Assembly: GCA_964016885.1 (NCBI GenBank)
Contig: OZ024743.1
Span: 171,120,001 to 171,184,000, forward strand
From: Eledone cirrhosa
Taxonomy: Eukaryota
DNA: 64,000 nt
Direction: 5' to 3'
The notes under the pieces were generated by a model that was not told the DNA's origin, did no database searches, and saw only the letters and a program-made list of their open reading frames with translations. Positions 25,890-40,170 of this stretch are shown piece by piece. Numbering within the stretch: the first letter of the stretch is position 1; the number at the start of each line of letters is the position of its first letter. The position numbers and the translations under genes are program-made.

Positions 25890-28800
25890 CAGGGTGTTCC
25901 AAAAGTATATGTCACATTATGACATTTTATATCTTAGTAACTATTGAGGATATCAAAACAAGTTTTATTTAAACCCTCTCACCAACTACCTCGTAAAATG
26001 CCCCATTTGTTTTTCTAAAATAACAATCTCGTTTGTTTAATTTTGGCCGAAAATTCTAGGATTTATAAAATGGCCTCCTTGTCCCTCTTAATCTTTAACC
26101 CCCCCCCCCCCATATCGTATACGCGCCTGCTGGTTCACCCTTTCAATCACTCCCTTCTCTCACCAAATATAAATAAACCTGTTATGAGGTACGAATCTCA
26201 GAATTTGTCAATGCTTATTAATGGTCAGACCTGCTCACTCTTCTGCGAAATGTAATGTAAAATGCCATTTTTTCTTGTCTCTCCAGCCTATCGGTCCATT
26301 CATTCATATATCCGTATCATCGCCCAGAATCCAATCTTTTGCTCTTCCTCAATGCTATTCTCTAATTCTGTCTGGTTGTTCTAAATAATCTTCTTGTATT
26401 TTAAAATCCCATTATTCGCTTATTACTGTTATATGCTTGTCCAATTATGCCCAAAATTTGAAGATTTTATTTAAACCTTCTTGCTAACTACCCCATACCC
26501 ATCCCACCCGCCCCCACTCTCCACCATTATTATTTGGACCAATCATAAGTCAGCGGCCTATGCTATCACTTCTCCTGGTTGCTTTTCGATATGATGGATG
26601 TACTAAAGAATTCTGGAGAGTCTGAAAAATCTGGACACTCAGTGACAATGCCAAAGATAAAGACAAATTCACCTCATGCTGCCAGACGAAAAGGCAAGGA
26701 CTCCTCCTCTTTGTTTCAGCCGCGGATGGCCAACATAACCCCAACCCCCCTCCCCAACCACCAAACGCAATCCAAAACTTCAGAGTTGGTACCATGAATG
26801 TAGGCACCTTAAAAGGTCGCTCTAACGTGGTTGTAGAAATGCTTGAACGTAAGGAGGTTGATGTTTGCTGTATCCAAGAGACCAGGTGGGTCTGCTAGAT
26901 TCATTGTGGGTAAAAAACGATGCTATAAGCTTTTCTGGGTGGGAAATGACAATGGGCTGGGTGGGGTAGGAATCATGTTAGCAGAAAAATGGGTAGATAA
27001 GATAATAGACGTAAATAGAGTGAACGACAGAATAATTAAAATAAGACTTGTCCTAAATAGAACTACTGTGACAGTAATATCTGTGTATGCACCCCAATCC
27101 GGACTGCCTGGTGCTATAAAAGACAGATTCTATGAGACATTGATGCTCACTACCTCCCAAATAACCAACAGTGACTACATAATTATTACTGGCGACCTAA
27201 ATGGTCACGTTGGACAACATTGTGACGGCTATGACGGAATCCATGGAGGCTATGGGTTGGGTACTAGAAATGAGGAAGGCTTCAGAATCCTGGAATTCTG
27301 TGACGTAAATAACCTAACTATCTGTAACACTAACTTCAAAAAACGAGACAATCACTTGATCACCTATAGATCAGGGGAACACACCAGTCAGATAGATTAT
27401 ATCCTTACCAGAAGACGTGATAGAGTGTCTGTTGTAAACACTAAATCCCTCTCCCATGAAGAATGCACCTCCCAACATAGACTCATAGTCAGGACAAGAC
27501 GTACTCGACAACAGAGGAGGACTATCCCCAGGAGAAAAATATGGAAGCTAAAGGACCCCACAGCCAGTAATAAATTTAAAAGCATATTACTTGATGCTTT
27601 CGACAGTAAGGAAGAGCAATTAGAGTTTTACAATATAGAGGAACAGTGGAAATTCCTGAAAGCTAACGTGCTGAAGGCGGCAGATGAAGTCTGTAGCTGG
27701 AGCAGGCCTATAGGCAGGAGGAGAGTAACATGGTGGTGGAACAGTAAGGTGGAGGAGTCAATTAAGGCCAAAAAGCAGGATTGGAAAGTATGGCGGGATG
27801 GGGGAAGTAGAGAAGACTATCAAGTGGCCAGGAGGGAAGCTAGGAGACAAGTGTACTTCGCAAGAAGGGAAGCAGAGGAAAGAAAGTTCAAGCATGTTCT
27901 ACAACGCGAGGACCAAAAACATGAGGTGTTCAGGATTGCTAGGCAATGTGTCAAAGAAAACCAAGATATTGTCGGGGAGGAGTTTGTACTTAATGACGCT
28001 GATTAGAAGGTAGCTTGGAAGTGTCATTACGAAAGGCTACTAAATGAGGAGAATAAATGGGAGAAAGACAGTCTCCCCCACATCGATCCAATAGAGGGAC
28101 CAGCAGGGCTAGTTGAAGGTAGTATAATAAGTAAGGCAATCAAAGATATGAAGACGGGTAAGGCGGCTGGGCCTTCGGAAATAGTTGCTGAAATGCTGAA
28201 AGCATCTGGAACGGTGGGACACACTCACTATGGTCACCCGGATAGTAAACCAAGTCATACAGAATGGGGCCGTTCCGAAGGACTGGCATAGCAGCATCAT
28301 CATTAACTGCTACAAGGGTAAAGGAGATGCCCTAGATCGGGGTAACTATAGAGGCATTAAATTAATCGACCAGGTCATGAAGGTCACAGAAAAAGTAATA
28401 GCGCAACTAATCAGAGAACAAATTGATCTAGATGAAATGCAGTTCGGGTTTGTGTCAGGTAAAAGTACCACAGACGCTCTTTTCATTGTACGACAACTAC
28501 AGGAGAAGTATCTAGCTAAAAGTAAACCCCTATACTTAGCTTTTGTTGACTTGGAGAAAGCCTTTGACAGAGTCCCCCGTTCCATTATCTGGTGGTCTCT
28601 TAGAAAACTAGGTGTTGATGAATGGCTTGTGAGAGCTATACAAGCCATGTATAAAGAAACAGTCAGCAAGGTTAGAATTAACAACGAATATAGTGAAGAG
28701 TTTAGCGAAAAAGTTGGTGTTCATCAGGGCTCCGTTCTTAGCCCCCTACTATTTATTATTGCCCTTCAGGCTATAACAGACGAGTTCAAGACCGGCTGCC

Positions 28801-31354
28801 CATGGGAACTCCTATATGCAGATGATCTAACGCTCATAGCTGACTCAATGGCTGAACTAGAGAAGAAATTCCAAACATGGAAGCATGGCCTAGAATCAAA
28901 AGGCCTTAAAGTTAACTTGTCTAAGACTAAAGTTCTAGTTTGTAGGAAGGAAAAAAGGGCACCGGTCCCATCTGGGAAATGGCCATGCTTAGTGTGTGGG
29001 AAAGGAGTAGGCAGAAACTCCATTTTATGTTCTAAATGCAAAGTATGGGTGCATAAAAGATGTAGTGGTATCACAGGTAAGTTAACTAAAAATATAGATT
29101 TTATATGTGGCCGGTGCTCTGGTGCAATAAGTAGCAGCAAGTGCTCACAGAATACTAGCTCATTCCATTGCACAGATGGTTCTATAGAAATAGTGGAGAC
29201 CTTCCGTTACCTGGGTGACAAAAACAGCAGTGGGGGAGGGTGCTCTGAAAATGCAGTAGCTAGAGTCAGAACGGGATGGAAAAAGTTCAGAGAGCTTATA
29301 CCACTATTGGCCGCTAAAGGGTTCTCTCTAAAAATGAAAGGCAGGCTGTATGATGCCTGCCTGCATACGAACAGCAATATTACATGGCAGTGAGACCTGG
29401 GCATTGTGTGCAGAGAATATACGCAGACTGGAGAGGAACGAAGCTTGCATGCTCCACTGGATATGTAATAGTAATATATGTGAACGGCAAAGCATAAACG
29501 AACTAAGGGAGAAATTAGGAATAAGAGGGATCAGATGTTGTTTACTCAAGAGAAGACTGCGTTGGTACGGTCACGTGATGCGCATGAAAGACGACAGCTG
29601 TATAAAAAAGTGCAGGGCGATAAAAATAGACGGTAGCCACGGAGTAAGCAGACCCAGAAAAACCTGGGACGACTTGATAAATTCAGACCTCACACACTTA
29701 CACCACTCCAAGACAATGTCACTGGACCGAGATCTTTGGCGCTACACAGTAATACAGAAGACCCGCCTTGCCTAAGTACAAAGTGAAACCTACAGTCAGT
29801 AGGCACCTCTAACAAAAATACACCCCTGTCCCACTACCCCCACCCGATCCACACCATCCCCTTCAATGTGAAGTTATGTTGGTACCACAACATCCAGTCC
29901 GAAACAAATGAGGTCGTGTAGGTGTCATGACAAAAAAACACACAGTCCACGCTGTAATGTGGCCGTGTAGGTAACACGGTAAAAACCTCCCAGTCGACAC
30001 TGTAAACTTAGTTGGTGTTAGCAAGGGCATCCAGCCATAGAAAACCCGCCAGACAGTCCTATACGAGCAGGACAACCAATCTTGCCTCAAGTGGGAAAAC
30101 TCCCGTCCAAACCCATGCAAGCGTGGGAGATGGACGTTAAACGATGATGATGATGAATTTACATTTCCTGAAAGTTAATATTTTAAAGTGTCTGTACAAA
30201 AAATTTGAACACAAATGTGCAAGAAATTAATTTATTATTAGATGTGTTCAATGTGATTGCCACAGGTTACACGACACACATCCAAATGACAATCCATTTC
30301 TTCACAAACACGACCTAGCATTGCGTTGTCAATGGTTGCAAAGGCTTCAGTTATTTGAGTCTTCTGGTCATCCACGACTCTGAGAAGGGGAGTACGCACA
30401 CCAGGTCTTTTACATACTACCAGAGGAAGAAATCACATGGCATGAGGTCTGGGGACCTAGGGGACCATCACAAGAGCACGCGATCAGTTTGTCCGGAATG
30501 TCCGATCCATCAGTCAGAGTGGTGTTCAGATACTTTCTAACTCTAAGCCTCCAGTGAGGTGGTGCCTCAGCCTGTTGGAAAATGAAGTCTTTTCTTCATG
30601 CAATTCATCCATCAACCAGTTTTGCAGCATGGCAAGATAGACTTTACCATTGACTGTTTCTCCATAGAAGAATGGTTCATACACACATTTCTTTGACATG
30701 GCACAGAACACGTTTACTTTAGGGGAATCTCACACATGTTCAAGAGTTACATGAGGTTATGCGTGTGATATGCTTGTCAACTTTGTCACTTAAGTAGAAG
30801 GTCGCCTCATCACTGAAAACAAGCCAATCATCAAATTCGTCATCTTCTAACTTCTCCAGCATATCTGTGCAAAATTCATAGTGAGCTGGTTTATCAGTGT
30901 CCAACTGTTGAACCAATTGCAGCCTGTAATGTGTCATATGCAGTAGTCTCCTTAAAATGTGCCAAACAGTTGTTGATGGGAGCTGAATTTCTCAACTGGC
31001 TCTTTTGACTGATTTCTGGGGGTTCCACTGGAAGGCATTTTGAACTTGTTCAACCGTATCATCTGAAGATGAGGGGCATCCTGTTTTCTTTGCCGGGCAC
31101 AAACACCCCTCCTCCTTAAATTTTGCCAATTCAAAATGGAACGTCTGTCTGGTGGCTGCTTTGTAAACTGTGTATGAAATTTGCGTTGAACACGTGTCCA
31201 TGACTCAGTTTTAGTGAATTCTAGGAAGCAAAACGACTTTTCTTGTTTTGTGAACAGCATTACTGGATCTGAAAAGAGACAAAAGAAAAATGGTACCATT
31301 TGTAGTTCATGATATATGAGTTCTTTGAATGTGACATACTTTTGGAACACCCTG
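25890..31354 (-). mobile_element. Tc1/mariner DNA transposon (transposase remnant ~30250-31260) interrupted by an RTE LINE
   Basis: TIRs CAGGGTGTTCCAAAAGTAT..GTCACATT at both ends with TA TSDs (25888-89 and 31355-56); VFSDEATF motif and SPDL-type motif in decayed frames. Confidence 0.88.
25971..30155 (+). mobile_element. Near full-length RTE-clade LINE (APE, RT, PHD finger), frameshifted
   Basis: VGTMNVGTL, GDLNGHVG, SQIDYIL; NYRGIKL, FVDLEKAFDRV, GVHQGSVLSPLLF, LLYADD; (GAT)n tail; a short ATTT repeat at both junctions. Confidence 0.92.
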
Positions 31355-31499
31355 TACTATATTAGAAGGGATATAAAAAAGAACACAGCTATCTAGAAAA
31401 AAAAAAACTAATTATATTTCTAAAAAGTACAGAAAAAATTGTTTTGTTTTAATGGTTTTTAAAAACTATATCAGACAAATGGCAGCCATTGTTGGCAAT

Positions 31500-32480
31500 A
31501 CATTGATGTTGTCATTCCTGGAAGTTCTCTATGACTATCCGGATCATCTCAAGTGGAATTTTGTCAATTTTCTCTCTGATCCTTTCCTTCAGATCATCAA
31601 GAGTTTGAGGATGATGTTGGAAAACCTTTTCCTTTAGGTATCCCCAAAGGAAAAAGTCACAAGTGCTTAAATTTGATGAACTTTCTCCATGTCTTCCCTT
31701 AAAGAGATCAAATGCCCAGGAAACATTTCCCTCAACTCTCCGAGTGAATATCATGCTGTGTGAGCTGTGGCTCTGTTCTGTATCCAAATCATCCAGTTTG
31801 GAGTGCAGAAAGGTCTCCAACATTTCAACGTACCGGTTGGAGGTTACAGTTACTGTTGCACCACCTTAAAAAAAAGTAAGGGCCGATCACACCAATATCA
31901 GCAACTGCACACCAAACAGTTACACAAGGTGAGTAAAGCGGTTGTTTGTGGAGTTCATGAGGATTATGTACAGCCAAGTAGCAAAAATTCTACTTGTTCC
32001 ATTGATATAGAAGTGAGCCTTATCGGTACTCAGAAGAACAGTTGCCGCAGGAACTTGTTTAAGAATTTGCCCACTTATGGCTCTGCAGTTGGCATGATCT
32101 GTCTCAGTTAATTTTCGACGAACCAACATTATTTTGTAAGGATGCAGTTTCAAATCGGCATGCAGAATCTTCCTCAAACTCCGACTTGACATCCCTAGTG
32201 CTATGTAATGCCTATGAATGGAAAGCTTTGGCAATTGCTGAATGGATGCTCTTACTGTTGCCACATTTTCTGGAGTTCTAATGGCCCTAGGTCTGCTAGG
32301 GGATTTTCTTTTCAGTGTGGATCAAGTTGCCTGAAGGTTAAAAATCAAAAGCAAAATAGTTTTCCAATTTGGTACACATGTATTTGAACTGAGTGTGAAG
32401 CATCTACGTAATGTTCACTGCATCGCTATTACAGAACTGTTGTTTTCATAATACGCTTGAACAACAAAGCCACATATGGT
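31500..32480 (-). pseudogene. Second Tc1/mariner-type transposase remnant
   Basis: LKLHPYKI and CDFFLWGYLKEKVF...LKERI motifs. Confidence 0.8.
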
Positions 32481-32506
32481 TCTTATATGAAATTACATTG
32501 GAAGAT

Positions 32507-32594
32507 GCTTACAGCACCTAGGTTTCCTAAGCAGTCATCCAACTAAGAACTAACCAGGCTTGATGCTGCATAACTTTGGTGATCACACAAAAAC
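32507..32594 (-). pseudogene. 5S rRNA-derived fragment (5'-truncated, diverged)
   Basis: The reverse complement GATCACCAAAGTTATGCAGCATCAAGCCTGGTTAGTTCTTAGTTGGATGACTGCTTAGGAAACCTAGGTGCTGTAAGC is colinear with the 3' three quarters of metazoan 5S rRNA. Confidence 0.8.
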
Positions 32595-34216
32595 ATCATA
32601 AAGACAAGCAGCTGCCAATACAGCTTTGTTTTAATTACCAACTGTAGTCAAATCACTAGTTATACTGTCAATGACATTCAAAACAATACAAATTCAATAA
32701 AACTGCAGCCCTTCTTCCTTTAGAAAAGTCAATTATCTTCAAAATGCCTGAAACATGGTGCTATATCACTCACCACTGTATTTAATTTTATCACACAAAA
32801 ATCACCTTACATTTTATCCCCTAATTAAATAAACTTTATTTCAATGAAAATTTTGAAGGATTTGCTAAAATTAATATTTATTTCATAAATAAGATGTGGT
32901 TCTTATATAAAATTATGTTGGAAGATTTTGATTTATATAGGAACCCTTTAAATTGGTTTTGTTTCATAGAACCAGAGATGGTTTTAACTGGATTGATATC
33001 AAAAGAGTCAAAGCTTTTGGGTTGTAGACTGTTCAATAGCTGACATACAAAGACCTATCCTACAATTATTAGCATGAAGCCAAAATAGCAACCAAATCAC
33101 CATTAAATTACATCTTACTATCTTAAAATAGTAAGTACATATTAAACATATACCTTAATAAAAAGATAAGATAGTTATGGCTAGAATACTTTTGATTATA
33201 ACGCTCCATGATCAGGCTCACCTGTGTAACTATAGTTTAAGCAATAACAACATTTGGCCTGGAGATTAGTGCAAGACTGGTGAACGCAGATGAATTGAAT
33301 CTTCAATCCAATTTATGCTAATAAGGCCCAAAATATGACTGCCATAACATTTCCCCTCCATGAAGACAAATGGCCTAGCGGTTAGGTTGTCAGACACACA
33401 ATCATATGGTCGTGAGTCCAATTTCTTGACTGAGTTTGTGTTGTATATTTGAACAAGATGTTTCAATTCCTATTGCTTTTCATGATAAGATTGGGGTGCC
33501 TATCATCAAAATATCTGAGAAACCTCTATGAGATTCAACCTCAGTGAAAGCCCGTTAACTCTACAAAAGAGTAAGCTGTAAAACTCATTTTTTTCATATT
33601 CCCTTCTTTTGTGTTTTGTCAAAAGATTTCAATGTTTGTTGGTAACAAATACTTGGCTCTTACAGATATGAAAAATAGACAAAATTTATTTCCTTCCACA
33701 CCTCATACACATATAAAGAAAAGATCTTAATTATATGAATATTTAAAGATACTAGCAGAAAAACCACCTTTTGGGTGGTTTTCTGCTAGCATGTGTAGTG
33801 TGTATATTGATATTATACGCAAGTATATAGACATGTAGATATGATACATCAAATAAAATCGTAATTGACAATATAAACAGAAATTGAACGAAGACGTTGT
33901 TACACTGTTTTATGTAATCAGTAACATAATCCATGATACATTAAAAAAAGACGATATTATATATAAACTGCATTAGGAGAAAATTAGTGACAGAAAATTA
34001 GTATGTTTATTTAAGTGATCACCACCGGAAGTGTTGACATCATAAACTCTCTCGTTCTATATATATGGTAGTTGAAGTGGTGGTGGTAACGATATACGGG
34101 AAGTGTAACTTTGAAAAGAAGTCAATTTTAAATTATTTATTTTTACAAAATTATTTTTGTTTACGAACTTTTGGAAATAAATTATGTAATATTCATTCAT
34201 TATTTATTCAAAGTAA

Positions 34217-34403
34217 GTGGATTGGCAGTATCGGTAGAGGGTCGGACGCCATGCTTTCCAGCATAGTTACGTCCCTTTACGATCTGAGTTCAAATCCCGC
34301 CGAGGTTGACTTTGCCTTTCATCCTTACGGGGTCGATAAAATAAAGTACCAGTAATGCACTGGGTAATTTGCTGGTCTTGTGCCTAAAGTAGAAACAATT
34401 ATT
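34217..34403 (+). mobile_element. tRNA-derived SINE
   Basis: Family consensus; flanked by the direct repeat TATTTATTCAAAGTAA (TSD). Confidence 0.88.
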
Positions 34404-34825
34404 TATTCAAAGTAATCCAACTTATTTTACAAACGGGATAAAAAAAAAAAATCGTACACAGTCCTGCAGACCTTTCTTTATTATAGTTTAGATATATATA
34501 TTTACACATTTAAGATGTAAATTCATTTTGGCGAAAATCTTAAATACCATGCAACTCCAAAAGAGCAAATTTAAAACACCATCATCTACAGAAACAAACT
34601 AAACAAAACATTAAAAATTCAGTTTGCTCTTTAATCAATTGTAGGCAAGAATAACAATCAAGACACAAAGAAGTCTTTGATAGAAAATATAAGAATAAGA
34701 TAAAAATGTTTCTAAGAGGTTTTTGATCAGATATTTGAGTGATACAAAGGTATAACATTTTAATATTTGTACAAAAGCATATTTTATTGTTTCTGAATCC
34801 AAGAAAAAAAATAACAATACAAATA

Positions 34826-37800
34826 CATCATCATCATCATTATCGTTTAACGTCCATCTTCCACGCTAGTATGGGTTAGATGGGAGTTGTCCCAATTTGA
34901 GGCAAGGTTGGTCGGGTGACCGTGTCATGCTCATATAGGACTGACTGGCAGGTGTACTACGGCTGGATGCGCTTCCTAACACCAACCACATTTACAGTGT
35001 GGACTAGGAACTTTTTACCATGTTACCTACACGGCCACATTACAGCGTGGACTGTGGTTTTTTGTCGTGACACCTACACAATTTCAATCTCATTTATCTC
35101 ATTTATTTGGACTGGATGTTATGGTACCAACTTTACAGAGAAAGGGTGGTGTTGGTGGGAGTAGGGGTAGCGGATTGGGGTGTATATTTGGTTAAGAGGT
35201 GCCTACTGACTGTAGGTTTCGCTTTGTACATAGGCAAGGCGGGTCTTCTGTATTACTGCGTGGCTCCAAAGACCTTGGTCTAGTGACATTGTCTTAGAGA
35301 GGTGCAAGTGTGTAAGGTTGGAATTTATCAAATTGTCCCAGGTATTTCTGGGTCTACCTACTCCGTAACTTCCATCAATTTTGATCGCCCTGCACTTTTT
35401 TGTGTCAGCTGTCGTCTTTCATGCGCATCACGTGACCATACCAATATAGTCTTCTCTCAAGTAAACAGCATCTGATCCCTCTTATTCCTAATTTCTCAAT
35501 TAGTTCATTTATGTTTTGCCGTTCACATATATTACTATTACATATCCAACAGAGCATGCATGCTTCGTTCCTTTCCAGTCTGCGCAGGTCCTCTGCACAC
35601 AATGCCCATGTCTCACTGCCATGTAGCATTGCTGTTTGTATACAGGCATCATACAATCTGCCTTTCATTTTTAGAGAGAAACCTTTAGCGGCCAATAGTG
35701 GTATAAGCTCTCTGAACTTTTTCCATCCCGTTCTGACTCTGGCTACTGTACTTTCAGAGCACCCTCCACCACTGCTGATTTTGTCACCCAGGTAACAGAA
35801 AGTGTTCACTATTTCTATAGAACCATCTGGGCGATAGAAGGAGCTAGTATCCTGTGGGCACTTGTTACTTATTGAACCTGAGCATTGGCCACATATAAAA
35901 TCTACGTTCTTAGATAGCTTACCTGTGATCCCACTACATCTTTTATGCACCCATACTTTGTATTTGGGGCATAAAATGGAATTTCTGCCTACTCCTTTCC
36001 TACACACTGAGCATGGCCATTTCCCAGAGGGGACCTGTGCCCTATTTTCCTTCCTACATACTAGAACTTTAGTTTTGGACAAGTTAACTTTAAGGCCTTT
36101 TGATTCTAGGTCATGCTTCCATGTTTGGAATTTCTTCTCTAGTTCAGCCATAGAATCAGCTATGACAGTTAGATCATCTGCGTATAGGAGTTCCCATGGG
36201 CATCCGGTTTTAAACACCTCTGTTATAGCCTGAAGGATAATAATAAATAGGAGGGGGCTAAGGACAGAGCCTTGATGAACAACTTTTACACTAAATTCTT
36301 CACTATATTCATTGTTAATTCTAACCTTACTCACCGTTTCTTTATACATGGCTTGTATAGCTCTCACAAGCCATTTATCTACACCTAGTTTTCTAAGAGC
36401 CCACCAGATAATGGAGCGGGGGACTCTGTCAAAGGCTTTCTCCAGGTCTACAAAAGCTAAGTAGAGGGGTTTACTTTTAGCTAGGTACTTCTCCTATAGT
36501 TGTCGTGCAAGAAAAAGAACGTATGTGGTATTTTTACCTGACACTAACCCAAACTGCATTTCATCTAGATCTATTTGCTCTCTGATTAGTTGTGCTCTAA
36601 CACTTTCTGTGACCTTCATGACCTGGTCAACTAACTTAATGCCTCTATAGTTTCCCCTATCTAGAGCATCCCCTTTACCCTTGTAGCAGTTAATGATGAT
36701 GCTGCTACGCCAGTCTTTTGGTATGACCTTATTCTGTATTACTTGGTTTACTATCCGAGTGACCATAGTATGTCCCACCATTCCAGATGCTTTCAACATC
36801 TCAGCAACTATCTCCGAAGGCCCAGATACCTTGCCTGTCTTCATATCTTTGATTGCCTTACTTATTATACTACCTTTGACTTACACCGCTGGTCCTTCTA
36901 TTGGATCGATTTGGGGCAGACTATCTTTTTTCCATTTATTCTCCTCATTTAGTAGTCTCTTGTAGTGACACTTCCAGGCTATCTTCTTATCAGTTTCAGT
37001 GACGGCAAGTACACCATTATCATTATGGACACACTTCTCCCTGACAATATCACGGTTTTCCTTGACATATTGTCTAGCTATCCTGAACACCTCACGTTTT
37101 TGGTCCTCACGTAGAACATGCTTGAACTTTCTATCCACTGCTTCCCTTTTTGCAAAGTACACTTGATAGTGTTCTCTACTTCCCCCATCCTTTCATACTT
37201 TCCAAGCCTGCTTTTTGGCCTTGATTGACTCCTCCACCTTACTGTTCCACCACCAAGTTACTCTCCTCCTGCCAATAGGTCTGCTCCAGCCACAGATTTT
37301 ATCAGTCGCTTTCACCAGGTTAACTTTCATGAATTCCCACTGTTCCTCTATATTGTACGTCTCTAATTGCTCTTCCTTATTGTCAAAAGCATCAAGTAAT
37401 AAGCTTTTAAATTTGTCACTGGCTGTGGGGTCCTTCAACTTCCATATTCTTCTCCTCAAGGTAGTCCTCCTCTGTTGTCGAGTATGTTTATTCCTGACTA
37501 TGAGGTCACTAACTACCAGGCTATGTTGGGAGGTGCATTTAGTGTTTACAACAGACACTTTGTCATGTCTTCTAGTAAGGATATAATCTATCTGGCTGGC
37601 ATTCTCCCGTAATCTATAGGTGATCAAGTGATTTTCTCGTTTGTTGAAGTTTGTGTTACAGATAGTTAGGTTATTAGCATCACAGAATTCCAGGATTCTG
37701 AAGCCTTCCTCATTTTTAGTACCAAAGCCATAGCCTCCATGGATCCCATCATAGCCATCACTATGTTGTCCAACGTGACCATCTAGGTCGCCATCAATAA

Positions 37801-38341
37801 TTAAGTAGTCGCTGTCTAGCGTGGAAGATAGATGTTAAATGATGATGATGATGATGTCGGTTATTTGGGAGGTAGTGTGCATTAGCGACTCATAGAACCT
37901 GTCCTTTATAACGTCAGGTAGACCAGAATGGGGTGCATAATCTGATATTACTGTCACAGTAGTTCTATTTAGAACTAGTCTAATTTTAATTATTCTGTCA
38001 TTCACTCTATTTATGTCAATTACCTTATCTACCCATTTTTCAGCTAACATAATTCCTACTCCACCCAGTCCGTTGTCATTTCCCACCCAGAAAAGTTTAT
38101 ATCGCTTTTTACCCACAATGAATCTAGCAGACCCACCTCTCCACCTAGTCTCTTGAACACAACAAACATCAACTTCCTTAAGTTCAAGCATCTCTACAAC
38201 CTCGTTTGAGCGACCTTTCAATGTGCCTATGTTCATGGTACCAACTCTGAAGTTGGGTGGGTGGAATGGATGGGATAGAGGGGCAAGGGGGACGGAATTA
38301 TGTTGGTCATCCATGTCTGAAATAAAGAGGTGGGGGGACAA
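34826..38341 (-). mobile_element. RTE-clade LINE, decayed, same family as 25971-30155
   Basis: APE, RT and PHD fragments in ORFs 37835-38341 through 35405-36367; (GAT)n tail at ~34826-34845. Confidence 0.92.
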
Positions 38342-38349
38342 CCTTAGCT

Positions 38350-40170
38350 CTAACCCTCAGTAGAATCTACAATGAGGTGAGAATATCCTGGATCTCTGCT
38401 TTACAAATACTGCAGTGCTCATCCACAATGTAAAGGTGACATCAATGATTTTCTTGGATCATAACTTAGTATAACTAACGATATATGGTCCAAGAGAGTC
38501 AGTAGAGATGCAACCATTAAGAAGCACTGGGAATTTATCCAGCCTAAACATTCACAAGGCTAACTGGAAAAAGATCCAGGGAAAGATCCTGAAGAAAAAC
38601 TGGAGCGACAACATCACTACACAAGATACCAACACACAATTTCAACACTTCATGACAATAAAAACCATATGCCATAAGTTTGTCCTGGAAAAAAAGGCCA
38701 ACAGACACAAAAATCCTTATGAGATGAAGAACAAAGATTTCAAACCTGCTAAATGCACAAAAGAAGAACAAGGAATCTTATCTGAAACAGGCACTACTTC
38801 AAATTGAAACTGCACTCAAACTTTCCCATGAGAATGAGAGGGCAAAGAGAAGCCAAGGCTATAGAAAATATTAAAATAAACCTTAAGGCCTTTTTTAAAT
38901 TTGCAAAAGAAACCGCCACGATACACTGTAAGATTGGCCACTTTTCCATAAAAATAGTTCATTAACCGAGGATCCTTAAGGGATAAGTGAAACACTGAAT
39001 GAACAGTACAAAAGTATTTTCACACACCCAATGAAGCACATGCAAATAACAAAGCCAGAGGAATTCTTTGATGCCATAACACTCCACAAAGAAATGGCGA
39101 CCATCAACCACATAGACATAATGGAGTAAGATGTGATATTCCTCTAAGAAGAAATGAGAACAAATTCAGCTGCTGGACCTGATGGATTCCCAGCAATCCT
39201 AAAAACATCAAGCATGCCTTAGCAAGACCACTGAAGATCCTCTTCAGAAGTTCTCTGACTAGTAGTAAACTATCCAGAGAGCTAAAAGAAGGCACAATAT
39301 GCCCTATCCATAAAGGAGGAAACAGAATAGAGGCTAGTCTCCCTGACGTCACATATCAGTAAGGCCATGGAATGAATCATCAGAAAGAAATTGATTACGC
39401 TTCCTTTCACCCAGGAAGAAGCTGCCTTACACAGCTTTTACAACACTATGACTGGGTACTGAAACAACTGCTGGACAGCTCACATGTGGGCGTGATATAT
39501 CTTGACTTTGCGAAGGACTTCAACAAAGTCGACATGGAATGATTTGTTAGAAACTACACAGACTCGGCATAACTAGAAAAGTAGGTGAGTGGCTGCATGA
39601 CTTCTTAAAAGACAAAAGCCAATGGGGCCCTCTTAAAGGAAACATTAATAACAAGTGGGGTTCCTCAGAGCATAGTCTTAGGACCACTACTGTTTTTGGT
39701 GGCTCTCTCAGACATGCCTTCTGTAGTTCATAGAACATCCCTCACTAACTATGCTGATGACACTAAGGTAGCACAAGCAATCAAAAACCCGGCTGATGCT
39801 GCCCTTTTACAAGATCTGGATGCCATATACAAATGGGCCGAGGACAACAACATGCAATTTAATACTGGAAAATTTCAAGCCCTGCAATATCAACCTGCTA
39901 ACACAAGGACAGTACAACACAGTTACACTGGACCAGGAGGAATCAAAATCCCTGTGTCGAAATCGATACGAGACTTGGATATAGACATGAACGACGATGC
40001 ATCATTTTCTTCACACATCATGAGAGTGGTGACAATGTGCAGATGATTGGATCATCTGGCTGGATCTTGAGGACTTTCAGGACAAGAGCCCGAGAGACCA
40101 TGTTGGTTCTATGGAGGACATTTGTCCTAAACCGACTGAACTATTGCTCCCAGCTGTGGTCACCCCATAG
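38350..40170 (+). mobile_element. Degenerate CR1-group LINE
   Basis: Fragments LDLCFTN, AAGPDGFPA, PIHKGG, GRSCLTQLL, VIYLDFAK, LGPLLF and YADDTK across frames. Confidence 0.8.
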
